From: Nitrosopumilaceae archaeon
GTDB taxonomy: Archaea > Thermoproteota > Nitrososphaeria > Nitrososphaerales > Nitrosopumilaceae
Direction: 5' to 3'
Assembly: GCA_040877685.1 (NCBI GenBank)
Contig: JBBDNF010000060.1
Span: 18,817-35,334, forward strand
Length of the DNA: 16,518 bases
In this document: positions 1 through 6,537 of the stretch, piece by piece
Numbering within the stretch: position 1 is the first letter of the stretch
Layout: each line of letters opens with the position of its first letter
Made by a program: the position numbers and the translations under genes
The notes under the pieces: model-generated
What the model was told of the DNA's origin: nothing
Seen by the model: only the letters and a program-made list of their open reading frames with translations
The model's database searches: none

Positions 1-7
1 AACCTGT

Positions 8-550
8 ATGGAGGTTGTAAAAAGCAACTGGGGAAACAGATTCATAATTGCTGCCATAGTACAGGGCGGAATCATAACTTTCATGGCACTAAGCATGGTA
101 GGCATGCAGGTAGTTTTTACCAAAGTGAACATGATCCAATTCTTGTCGTTATCCTTTGAAGGACCCGCCAAGTGGTTTTTTATTGGACTTCTGTTTTATT
201 TGGTTCTCATTGTTGCCATAGCAGTAACTGCAGTATTTTACAGTCATTTGGAAATTAATATGAGAAAAAAGTTTTCTGGCGTATCAAACGTTCTTGCATG
301 GATACACCTGATAGGCATGAATGTTGGTGGGGCAGGTGCGACTATTCTTATGATATTTGCAGGACTATCTGGTTCTGGAGCACTTTCATTATTTACTGAA
401 GGGGAGTTAGGTGCACAAAACATTGCAATAATGGACTCTTTTATCCCACCAATAGCGTCATTTATTGGTGTTCTCGCGATAGGAGTCTTATGTGGTGGTC
501 TGGCTTATACAATTGCATATCTAAAAAAACCATCTTTAGAAAAATCCTAG
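8..550 (+). CDS. hypothetical polytopic membrane protein (several predicted TM helices); possibly 5'-truncated by the window edge
   Basis: The 180-aa ORF is dominated by long hydrophobic segments (IIAAIVQGGIITFMALSMVGM, FFIGLLFYLVLIVAIAVTAVFY, ILMIFAGLSGSGAL, FIGVLAIGVLCGGLAYTIAYL). There is no in-frame stop between position 2 and the ATG at 8, so the true start may lie outside the window. No family recognised. Confidence 0.6.
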   Translation: MEVVKSNWGNRFIIAAIVQGGIITFMALSMVGMQVVFTKVNMIQFLSLSFEGPAKWFFIGLLFYLVLIVAIAVTAVFYSHLEINMRKKFSGVSNVLAWIHLIGMNVGGAGATILMIFAGLSGSGALSLFTEGELGAQNIAIMDSFIPPIASFIGVLAIGVLCGGLAYTIAYLKKPSLEKS

Positions 551-600
551 GTGGAAGTATCAAAAAGACACCAGCTCCTGATAAGAAAACATTGGAACAC

Positions 601-738
601 ATGGCTACTCTAAGCTGGAATGACCTTATGTTATTCATGCATAAAAAATATGGTAAGAAATTCACACAGGAGTTTCTAAGAAATTACACATACAGACTAC
701 AAAAACTAAAGTGGCGCAAAAATCAAAAATGGAAATAG
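601..738 (+). CDS. possible small, very basic hypothetical protein (45 aa from the ATG at 601)
   Basis: The track ORF 490..738 overlaps the membrane-protein gene by 60 nt. The internal ATG at 601 gives MATLSWNDLMLFMHKKYGKKFTQEFLRNYTYRLQKLKWRKNQKWK (Lys/Arg-rich). No recognisable motif; it may be non-coding. Confidence 0.25.
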   Translation: MATLSWNDLMLFMHKKYGKKFTQEFLRNYTYRLQKLKWRKNQKWK

Positions 739-839
739 CTATTAAGAAAACACCCGCTAGTTAACACGAAGAACAAACTTCCCTCAAAATTAACAGAGGT
801 ATTTTACAATAGATTTAAGTATGAAATGATGAAATTGTT

Positions 840-854
840 GGGGTTTAGCTTTTA
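840..854. repeat. 15-bp direct repeat GGGGTTTAGCTTTTA, copy 1
   Basis: Exact 15-mer also present at 1005..1019. On the minus strand both copies read TAAAAGCTAAACCCC. Confidence 0.85.
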
Positions 855-956
855 TTCGTACCAAAAAAAGATCGTCTATCTTTTGGTGGGTAATGGGGGT
901 GTTTTGACCCTTGGCTCGCATATACACACACAAATGTTAAACCCCCCGTCAAAAAT

Positions 957-975
957 TGATTTTTTGAAAAAATCA
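957..975. terminator. AT hairpin TGATTTTTT-G-AAAAAATCA between convergent genes (possible bidirectional terminator)
   Basis: 19-nt palindrome with T-runs on both strands, in the 278-bp spacer between the plus-strand ORF ending at 738 and the minus-strand gene ending at 1017. It is nested inside a GC-rich 7-bp stem (CCCCGTC 944-950 pairing with GACGGGG 1002-1008). Confidence 0.3.
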
Positions 976-1004
976 CTTTATGAGTAAATTTTAGAAAATT
1001 AGAC

Positions 1005-1019
1005 GGGGTTTAGCTTTTA
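1005..1019. repeat. 15-bp direct repeat GGGGTTTAGCTTTTA, copy 2 (overlaps the stop codon of the zinc-ribbon gene)
   Basis: Exact copy of 840..854. TTA at 1017-1019 is the TAA stop of the minus-strand ORF 1017..1259. Confidence 0.85.
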
Positions 1020-1259
1020 CGAAGGAATCTTTTCGCGAGTCTGAACTATCTCTATTTCTACAGTTTCTAGCGGTTCATCTACTACGTTTCGTCTAATGGA
1101 AAACATCTTGGGTTTGTTAAAGTCCTTCGTGCAATCAGGACATGCATACACAAGAACCCTATATTCATTGGGAGCTTTTGGATTGGAAAGCCGGGGGTAA
1201 TAGACTAATCTTCCCCCACAATCGACGCAATATCTATTAGCGCGTCGTGTTCTGGCCAA
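1017..1259 (-). CDS. small zinc-ribbon protein, hypothetical
   Basis: 80-aa ORF with two CxxC pairs (CVDCGG ... CPDCTK) spaced as in a C4 zinc ribbon. The start is TTG (1259-1257), preceded by GGAGG (1270-1266) with a 6-nt spacer. There is no in-frame ATG near the N-terminus. Confidence 0.6.
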   Translation of the reverse strand: MARTRRANRYCVDCGGRLVYYPRLSNPKAPNEYRVLVYACPDCTKDFNKPKMFSIRRNVVDEPLETVEIEIVQTREKIPS

Positions 1260-1429
1260 TGCGAACCTCCTGCACGTATCCTAATGTTGCGATCAGTATT
1301 TGATCTAGCCTGTCTAATAGAATAAACACAGATGTGATCTTGTATAATGTTTCAAATCTCGAGTTATGAAATATTAAAAACAAATACCTGTAGCTCCCTT
1401 GACATGATGCACGGGATCAAAATAATATG

Positions 1430-1451
1430 TTTCTAAATTCGAATTTAGAAA
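1430..1451. repeat. perfect 22-bp palindrome TTTCTAAATTCGAATTTAGAAA (possible tRNA 3' terminator hairpin or operator)
   Basis: The sequence equals its own reverse complement. It begins 7 nt downstream of the tRNA-Asn 3' end on the minus strand and is followed there by TATTATTTT. Confidence 0.8.
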
Positions 1452-1458
1452 TATTAGG

Positions 1459-1532
1459 CGCCGCCCGTCAGACTTGAACTGACGACCAGCTGATTAACAG
1501 TCAGCTGCTCTACCACGCTGAGCTAGGGCGGC
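1459..1532 (-). tRNA. tRNA-Asn (anticodon GUU)
   Basis: Hand-folded cloverleaf on the minus strand. Acceptor GCCGCCC/GGGCGGC, D-arm GCTC-AGCGTGGTA-GAGC, anticodon arm GCTGA-CTGTTAA-TCAGC (GTT at positions 34-36), variable loop TGGTC, T-arm GTCAG-TTCAAGT-CTGAC, discriminator G. 74 nt. CC follows, but the full CCA is not encoded. Confidence 0.93.
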
Positions 1533-1556
1533 AACACGTTTTGTCCTAGGAGATGC

Positions 1557-1570
1557 GGATTTAATCTTTA
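1557..1570 (-). promoter_or_regulatory. candidate TATA box for tRNA-Asn
   Basis: The minus strand reads TAAAGATTAAATCC, centred about 30 nt upstream of tRNA position 1 and directly after the uL6 stop. Assigned by position and A/T pattern only. Confidence 0.3.
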
Positions 1571-1576
1571 CTAAGA

Positions 1577-2134
1577 TTATTTTTGGATTCCAGGGGATTT
1601 TTCAAAAAGATAGATGCCGTCAAGAAAAACACGGTGATCTTTATTTTTGACCTTGGTGTTTTGCTGCAAGCTTCCTGCAGTTTGTGCAACATCTGTTAAG
1701 ACAGACCCAGTTAAGATAACATCGTCGCCTTTTGTAACAACTTTGGTATCACCGCGTATTTTTGAAACCCTTGGAGCACGTTCACCTTGAAAATTCTCGA
1801 CTAAGATATTTCCATCCTTTACTTTTACTGTGATTGGAAAGTGTGCATAGACAATTTTCATTTTAAAGGTATAGCCCTTTTGGACTCCCTCAATGAGTGT
1901 CTTAATTATTGATTTAACAGTGTTGAATATAGCATAGTCTTTCTTTCGTGTACCAAGTGATTTTATTATGACATTTTTACCTTTTACTTCAAGGTCTACT
2001 GGTATTTTTTTGAAATCCTTTCTTGTCTTGCCAAGAGGCCCCTCAACGCTTAACATTTTCTTTGTTAATGAGACTTTGACGTTTTCTGGCACCGGTAGCG
2101 AGAATTCGTGCTGTTCTATCTGTTTAGTAGACAT
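1577..2134 (-). CDS. rpl6: 50S ribosomal protein uL6 (L6)
   Basis: 185 aa with two repeated L6-type domains (VKVSLTKKMLSVEGPLG..., YAHFPITVKV...NFQGERAPR). Sits after uS8 as in the conserved spc order; overlaps the uS8 3' end by 11 nt. Confidence 0.93.
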   Translation of the reverse strand: MSTKQIEQHEFSLPVPENVKVSLTKKMLSVEGPLGKTRKDFKKIPVDLEVKGKNVIIKSLGTRKKDYAIFNTVKSIIKTLIEGVQKGYTFKMKIVYAHFPITVKVKDGNILVENFQGERAPRVSKIRGDTKVVTKGDDVILTGSVLTDVAQTAGSLQQNTKVKNKDHRVFLDGIYLFEKSPGIQK

Positions 2135-2516
2135 ATCCTATCAATAATCCTCCTAATCCTTTCTTTAGTGCCTCGTGATGAGACATTACTCCTTGGTTTG
2201 TAGTTACTAGTAACATACCTTGTGAATATGATGGCAGGTATTGGCGTTCCCATTTTCCATAATCAGCTTTTCTAACCTTGAATCTTGGTGTAATTGCACC
2301 GCACTTTGTAATTTTGGCCAAAAGTTGGATCTTGAACTTTCCACCTTTCTTATCATCAATGTTCTCAAATTCCCCAATGTAATAGTGGTTTTGAAGAGTC
2401 TTTAGCACTTCCCTAGCAAGTTTTGAGGCGGGTAGTACGACGCATTCACTTTTACGCCTAGCTTCTGTATTAAACAATGTCACAAACAAATTTGCAATTA
2501 TATTATTTGATGGCAT
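2124..2516 (-). CDS. rps8: 30S ribosomal protein uS8 (S8)
   Basis: I start it at the internal ATG at 2516 (MPSNNIIANLFVTLFNTEARRK...GGLLIGYVY, 130 aa, typical S8 length and C-terminus). AGGTGA lies 4 nt upstream. The first 45 codons of the track ORF run from a TTG through the uS14 gene in another frame and are an artefact. Confidence 0.9.
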   Translation of the reverse strand: MPSNNIIANLFVTLFNTEARRKSECVVLPASKLAREVLKTLQNHYYIGEFENIDDKKGGKFKIQLLAKITKCGAITPRFKVRKADYGKWERQYLPSYSQGMLLVTTNQGVMSHHEALKKGLGGLLIGYVY

Positions 2517-2520
2517 TTTC

Positions 2521-2700
2521 TCACCTAAATTTCCTAAATCCCAATGATACAGCAACCTCTCTGAAGCAGCGTCTGCACAATGCCAAGTCATATTTTTGTA
2601 TGACTGCATTATAGTCTCCACAGCGTTTACACCAACGCGAGCCTTTGCCAAATTTATGTACGGTTCTTCCCGTTACTTTGTAGTCTCGATTCTTTACCAT
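2521..2700 (-). CDS. rps14: 30S ribosomal protein uS14 (S14, zinc-binding type)
   Basis: Not in the ORF track (59 aa). My hand translation of the minus strand gives MVKNRDYKVTGRTVHKFGKGSRWCKRCGDYNAVIQKYDLALCRRCFREVAVSLGFRKFR*. This has the CxxC...CxxC motif and the LCRxCFRE signature of archaeal S14. It sits exactly between uL5 and uS8, and its ATG overlaps the uL5 TAA by 1 nt. Confidence 0.92.
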   Translation of the reverse strand: MVKNRDYKVTGRTVHKFGKGSRWCKRCGDYNAVIQKYDLALCRRCFREVAVSLGFRKFR

Positions 2701-3221
2701 TATACTACCTCTATACCAAATTCTCTAGTTAGAAATTCCCTTGCTTCTTGGCTTGAAATTTTGTGTCTTTTTCCAACACTTGCTTTATGCTTGCTTCTAA
2801 ATCTGATATTAAATCCGGGTCGTTGTAATGAAATGGATACGTCTAATCCTAAAATGCCAACTTGTGGGTCATATTTTACGCCTGGAATATCAATGTGTTC
2901 TTTTATGCCAAATGAAAGATTGCCAAATTCGTCAAATGAGGAACCTTTGATCTGATTACCCTTTGCTGCAAAAAGTCTTTTGATGAGCTCAAGAGCTGGT
3001 TTTCTTCTAAGTGTTACCGCAACACCTATTGGTTCTCCTTTATGTACACCCCAATCTCTTTGTGTTGCTTTTGCATGTCGCGGGCTTGGCTTTTGTCCAG
3101 TAATTTGTAATAATGCAAGTTTTGCTTGCTCAATTGGCTCTCCAGACTTGCCAACTCCCATGTTTAACACTACTTTTGCAATTGAAATTTTTCTCATTTG
3201 ACTTTCTGTTATTTGCGACAT
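2700..3221 (-). CDS. rpl5: 50S ribosomal protein uL5 (L5)
   Basis: 173 aa with L5 hallmarks (VVLNMGVG, GQKP...AK, GEPIGVAVTLRR). Position after eS4. Confidence 0.94.
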   Translation of the reverse strand: MSQITESQMRKISIAKVVLNMGVGKSGEPIEQAKLALLQITGQKPSPRHAKATQRDWGVHKGEPIGVAVTLRRKPALELIKRLFAAKGNQIKGSSFDEFGNLSFGIKEHIDIPGVKYDPQVGILGLDVSISLQRPGFNIRFRSKHKASVGKRHKISSQEAREFLTREFGIEVV

Positions 3222-3225
3222 GATC

Positions 3226-3942
3226 TCACTCTATTTGTATTACAGGCTTGTCCTTTCCTACAACCATAACAAGGTCTACTGGAATTTCGATTTCTCTTTC
3301 GCCTATGTTTACTAGTGCACGCCTTGGAAGCACGAAAGTCCCTTCTTTGATTTCAACAACCTTGCCTATATGACCAGCATTAATTCCACTTGTCACAATG
3401 ACTTGACATCCCTTTTCCAATTTAATTGCATCAAGAATTTTTCCTTCTGGGATTTGCATAATGCATGTATCTCCTACATTTACTTTGGTGTCTGAAATAA
3501 TTGAATGCCCATCATGGAAACCAAGTTGGGTTTTTGAACCTCTAGTTGTTGTTTTTCTTGTTACTTTGACAAGTTTCTTTGTTTTTTCTGATTCATTTAT
3601 CTTGATTGGTTGAAGAACCATTGAGTCTTTTGGTACCAGCCTATAAACATCTGGAATACCTTCAAGCTCAACCACATCCATTAGTCCTATTCCATGGTGT
3701 AATGATCTACGGGTTATGCCATCCACTTTTATTTTTCCACCATAAATTACAGATTTTGCTTCTCTTAGTGTGGTAACAAGCTTTAATGTATCACGCACAA
3801 ATACTGCGGTTGGAATTGCAAGATGTTTTGGATGACCACCGGGTCTTACGGTTACAACGAACCGCGAATCCTTTCTTGTGATCCCCCAGAAAAGTGGTGC
3901 CATCTGTCTTTTTAGTTTCTTACTTCCAGCTATGCTTACCAT
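3226..3942 (-). CDS. rps4e: 30S ribosomal protein eS4 (S4e)
   Basis: 238 aa with an N-terminal KKLKRQMAP..W and an S4/KOW-type organisation typical of archaeal/eukaryotic S4e. Conserved position between uL24 and uL5. Confidence 0.93.
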   Translation of the reverse strand: MVSIAGSKKLKRQMAPLFWGITRKDSRFVVTVRPGGHPKHLAIPTAVFVRDTLKLVTTLREAKSVIYGGKIKVDGITRRSLHHGIGLMDVVELEGIPDVYRLVPKDSMVLQPIKINESEKTKKLVKVTRKTTTRGSKTQLGFHDGHSIISDTKVNVGDTCIMQIPEGKILDAIKLEKGCQVIVTSGINAGHIGKVVEIKEGTFVLPRRALVNIGEREIEIPVDLVMVVGKDKPVIQIE

Positions 3943-4538
3943 TATTTAGTCTCCTTTTTCGCTTGATTAGCCGCTTTTGTTTGTTTTGTTTTTTTAGTGG
4001 CCGGTTTTGATGCCTTTTCCTTTGGTTCTGGCGTTCCCTTGGCTGTTTCTTTTGGTTTTTCTTTCGATTTTTCTTTTAGTTTTTCTTTTGGTTTTGGAGA
4101 TTCTTTTAATTTTAGAGATTCTTCTTTCTTTGGTGCTTCTTTTGCGATTTCTTTTGGTGTTTCTTTTGGAGCTTCTGTGGTAACTTTTACTGCTTCTCCT
4201 TCTAATCTATTTTGTCGCCACTTGTCATCTAGGTTCAAACCGGTAATCATAACGTTAGATGTGTGAATGTAGATGTCTACGTTCCCACCCTTGAGTTTTT
4301 CACGTTTTATTCCCTCTACGGCTACGCCATTTTTTTCAGTCGAAATTTGAGTGACTTTGCCATCAATTCCCTTGAATTCTCCACGCATTACTCGTATAGT
4401 ATCACCTTCTACCACGCGCGCACTACGTTTTCCATATTTTTCTCTAAGATCTTTTGATAGTGTAGCTCCAAGCTGCTTACTTCTTACGTGATTGGACGCC
4501 TGGAAGAATTGTCTATTTCTTATTATTGTCGGCTTCAT
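3942..4538 (-). CDS. rpl24: 50S ribosomal protein uL24 (L24) with a long Lys/Glu/Pro-rich C-terminal extension
   Basis: KOW core (VVEGDTIRVMRGEFKGIDGKV). I prefer the ATG at 4538 (MKPTIIRN...), 1 nt after the uL14 stop, over the track's TTG at 4559, which lies inside uL14. The last ~85 aa are a low-complexity KE/P tail. Confidence 0.9.
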   Translation of the reverse strand: MKPTIIRNRQFFQASNHVRSKQLGATLSKDLREKYGKRSARVVEGDTIRVMRGEFKGIDGKVTQISTEKNGVAVEGIKREKLKGGNVDIYIHTSNVMITGLNLDDKWRQNRLEGEAVKVTTEAPKETPKEIAKEAPKKEESLKLKESPKPKEKLKEKSKEKPKETAKGTPEPKEKASKPATKKTKQTKAANQAKKETK

Positions 4539-4539
4539 T

Positions 4540-4977
4540 TTATACCACCATTGATGCAAGGTTTGCTATTCTTGGCCATTTCTCTGATGCCTCTACAGCA
4601 ACAGGACCTTTGATCTCTGTTCCTTTGATCTCTCCTTCTGGAGTAACAAGTACAGCTGCGTTATCCTCAAACATGACTCTAACTCCATTGAGTCTTTTAA
4701 TTGGATATTTTTGTCGTACAATGACAGCACCGTAGATCTGTTTTCTAAGTTCACCAGGTCCCTTTTTTACAACTACATTAACAAAATCTCCAACTGCCGC
4801 AGAAGGATACCGTGAAACTCTAGTTTTTGTTTTTTGTACCATTATAATTTCTAATATCTTTGCACCGGTATTATCTGCACAAACAACTCGAGCACCAAGT
4901 GGCAATGCTCTTGTAATATATGGCCTGAATTCTTGAACTCCCTTTGCAGATACTGCACGGCTCTTTGTTGTTGTCAT
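4540..4977 (-). CDS. rpl14: 50S ribosomal protein uL14 (L14)
   Basis: 145 aa; LPLGARVVCADNTGAK and a C-terminal VAVEASEKWPRIA... are typical of archaeal L14. Position after uS17. Confidence 0.94.
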   Translation of the reverse strand: MTTTKSRAVSAKGVQEFRPYITRALPLGARVVCADNTGAKILEIIMVQKTKTRVSRYPSAAVGDFVNVVVKKGPGELRKQIYGAVIVRQKYPIKRLNGVRVMFEDNAAVLVTPEGEIKGTEIKGPVAVEASEKWPRIANLASMVV

Positions 4978-5300
4978 TATGACAAAACCTCCACAACTAC
5001 GAATGAAACGCTCTTTGATATTGGCCTACACTCTGCAGTTAAAACTATATCTCCCTCTTTTACATCAATACAAGACGGTTTGTAGGCATGAATCTTACTT
5101 TGACTACGTGCATATCTTTTGAATTTAGTGATCATTTTTGGAAATTCTTGTTGAATCACAACCATCTTTGGGGCCTTTGAGCTGACCACTTTGCCTTCAA
5201 TTAATTTGCCCCTTACGCTAAGTGTCCCATGGAATGGACACATGAGATCTGTACATTCTGTTTTTGGAGCCTGAACAGAAATTCCAATATTTCTTGTCAT
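4977..5300 (-). CDS. rps17: 30S ribosomal protein uS17 (S17)
   Basis: 107 aa with an archaeal S17 pattern (CPFHG.L.VRG, GDIV...ECRPISK). 1-nt overlap with uL14. Confidence 0.93.
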   Translation of the reverse strand: MTRNIGISVQAPKTECTDLMCPFHGTLSVRGKLIEGKVVSSKAPKMVVIQQEFPKMITKFKRYARSQSKIHAYKPSCIDVKEGDIVLTAECRPISKSVSFVVVEVLS

Positions 5301-5563
5301 GCTTTTGTCCCTACTCTTTCCTGAGGTCTTTTTGCTAAGAGATTTCCATCTATCAGAGTTTCCTTTTTGTCAAAAGAAAACTTCCATTGGGCGTTTGCCT
5401 TTGGAATTTTCTTAATTCCTTTTGCGGTATTAAGAATTAGCATTGATTTTGTTTCGTCGATAATCTTTCCATAGAGCCCAACAGTTTGTGCATTATTACA
5501 CTTGACAACCTCAGCATCAAGTCCTATTAGTTCATGCAGTGTGATATTTTCCTGAGTAATCAT
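5297..5563 (-). CDS. rnp1: RNase P protein component 1 (Rpp29/Pop4 family)
   Basis: 88 aa; LIGLDAEVV...GLYGKIIDETKSMLIL matches the Sm-like Rpp29 core. It occupies the L29-S17 slot where archaea conventionally encode Rpp29. 4-nt overlaps on both sides. Confidence 0.8.
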   Translation of the reverse strand: MITQENITLHELIGLDAEVVKCNNAQTVGLYGKIIDETKSMLILNTAKGIKKIPKANAQWKFSFDKKETLIDGNLLAKRPQERVGTKA

Positions 5564-5763
5564 TGTTTTTTCATCTCGTTTAGTCTTGTCAGTATTCTTG
5601 CAATGTCTCTTCTTAACGGTCGTACTTTCCCATTTTCTTTTCTAAGGGTTCCTTTAGATGCCTCCACACGTAGTTTTGTAAGCTCGGACCGAAGTTGTCC
5701 AAGTCTATCTTTTAGATCTGTTTCATTAAACTCTCGTATAGTCTTCATCTTTAGTCGTGTCAT
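5560..5763 (-). CDS. rpl29: 50S ribosomal protein uL29 (L29)
   Basis: 67 aa, helical, with L..LR.EL..LR pattern. Position after uS3. Confidence 0.9.
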   Translation of the reverse strand: MTRLKMKTIREFNETDLKDRLGQLRSELTKLRVEASKGTLRKENGKVRPLRRDIARILTRLNEMKKQ

Positions 5764-6536
5764 TACTTTAGCTCCTCCTCTGCTTCCTCATATGTTTCTA
5801 CAGATTTGACAAGTTCTTCTTCCTGTGCTATTAATTCACTTTCTGTTCGCGGTTTGGTAGGATCTTCGGGCATTTCTTCTATGACTGCAATTTCTTTCTC
5901 TTCCTCTTCTTCTGCTACTTTTTTCTTGACAGGTTCTTCCTTTTTAGTCGTCTTGAATTCAAATTCTGGAATATAGTTTTCTTTTCTTGCAATTCTGATT
6001 CGCACACCGATAAGTCCCATTTTGGTATTAACGTGAACTATGTCTTCTGATACCACTACATCTGCATGATGACCAGCTCGTGGTAAAATTCCCTTATGAT
6101 GTTTTTCGAAAGAAGAACGTTCTCCTCTAAGTTTGCCAGAAATTGTAATTTGTACACCCATTGCGCCTGCATTCATTATTGTCTGCATGGTCCACATCAC
6201 AGCTCGCCTGAATGCGGTTCCCCTTGCCAAGTGTTGTGACATCCTGTTACACATTACACTTGGGTGCAGTTCAGGTTTGTCTATCTCGATTACAGAGATT
6301 TGTGGGCTCTTAAGCCCAAAGTCTTTTTCAAGTGTTTTAGTCAAGTCGCGTATGCCTGCACCTTTTCTACCTATTACTATTCCAGGTCGTGTTACGTGAA
6401 GTGTAACCCTAGTTCCCGTTGGTGTTTTTTGTATATCTACATCTGAAAATCCAGCTTCTTTGATTGCTTCTCTTAGATAGTCTTTAAGCAACATTATCTT
6501 GTAACTATCATTGATCACGTTTTTTACAGATGACAT
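5763..6536 (-). CDS. rps3: 30S ribosomal protein uS3 (S3) with an acidic C-terminal tail
   Basis: 257 aa with a KH domain (PGIVIGRKGAGIRDL) and S3 C-domain. The last ~63 aa are Glu-rich low complexity. Confidence 0.94.
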   Translation of the reverse strand: MSSVKNVINDSYKIMLLKDYLREAIKEAGFSDVDIQKTPTGTRVTLHVTRPGIVIGRKGAGIRDLTKTLEKDFGLKSPQISVIEIDKPELHPSVMCNRMSQHLARGTAFRRAVMWTMQTIMNAGAMGVQITISGKLRGERSSFEKHHKGILPRAGHHADVVVSEDIVHVNTKMGLIGVRIRIARKENYIPEFEFKTTKKEEPVKKKVAEEEEEKEIAVIEEMPEDPTKPRTESELIAQEEELVKSVETYEEAEEELK

Positions 6537-6537
6537 T

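Noticed and set aside
490-600. Long version of ORF 490..738 starting at MWWSGLYNC
   Set aside because: It overlaps the 3' end of the membrane-protein gene by 60 nt in another frame. If this ORF is real at all, the ATG at 601 is the more plausible start.
462-665. Minus-strand 67-aa ORF
   Set aside because: It is antisense to the end of the membrane-protein gene and has no motif or start context. Most likely a chance ORF in AT-rich DNA.
826-832. AUGAUGA (C-box-like) motif suggesting a C/D-box sRNA in the 739-1016 spacer
   Set aside because: There is no CUGA D box (or C'/D' pair) within the expected 40-70 nt downstream on that strand. There is also no C or D box on the opposite strand.
1459-1532. 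tRNA-Asn as the integration target of the integrase at 14006
   Set aside because: The two are separated by ~12.5 kb of core genes (the complete r-protein operon, psmA and purC). I found no duplicated tRNA 3' fragment in the window.
2517-2651. N-terminal 45 codons of the track ORF 2124..2651 (MAKARVGVNAVETIMQSYKNMTWHCADAASERLLYHWDLGNLGEK)
   Set aside because: It starts at a TTG, has no S8 similarity, and lies entirely over the uS14 gene in another frame. The true uS8 start is the ATG at 2516, preceded by AGGTGA.
4539-4559. Seven-codon extension (MHQWWYK) at the 5' end of the uL24 ORF
   Set aside because: It begins at a TTG inside the uL14 coding sequence. The ATG at 4538 lies 1 nt after the uL14 stop and gives a normal L24 N-terminus.
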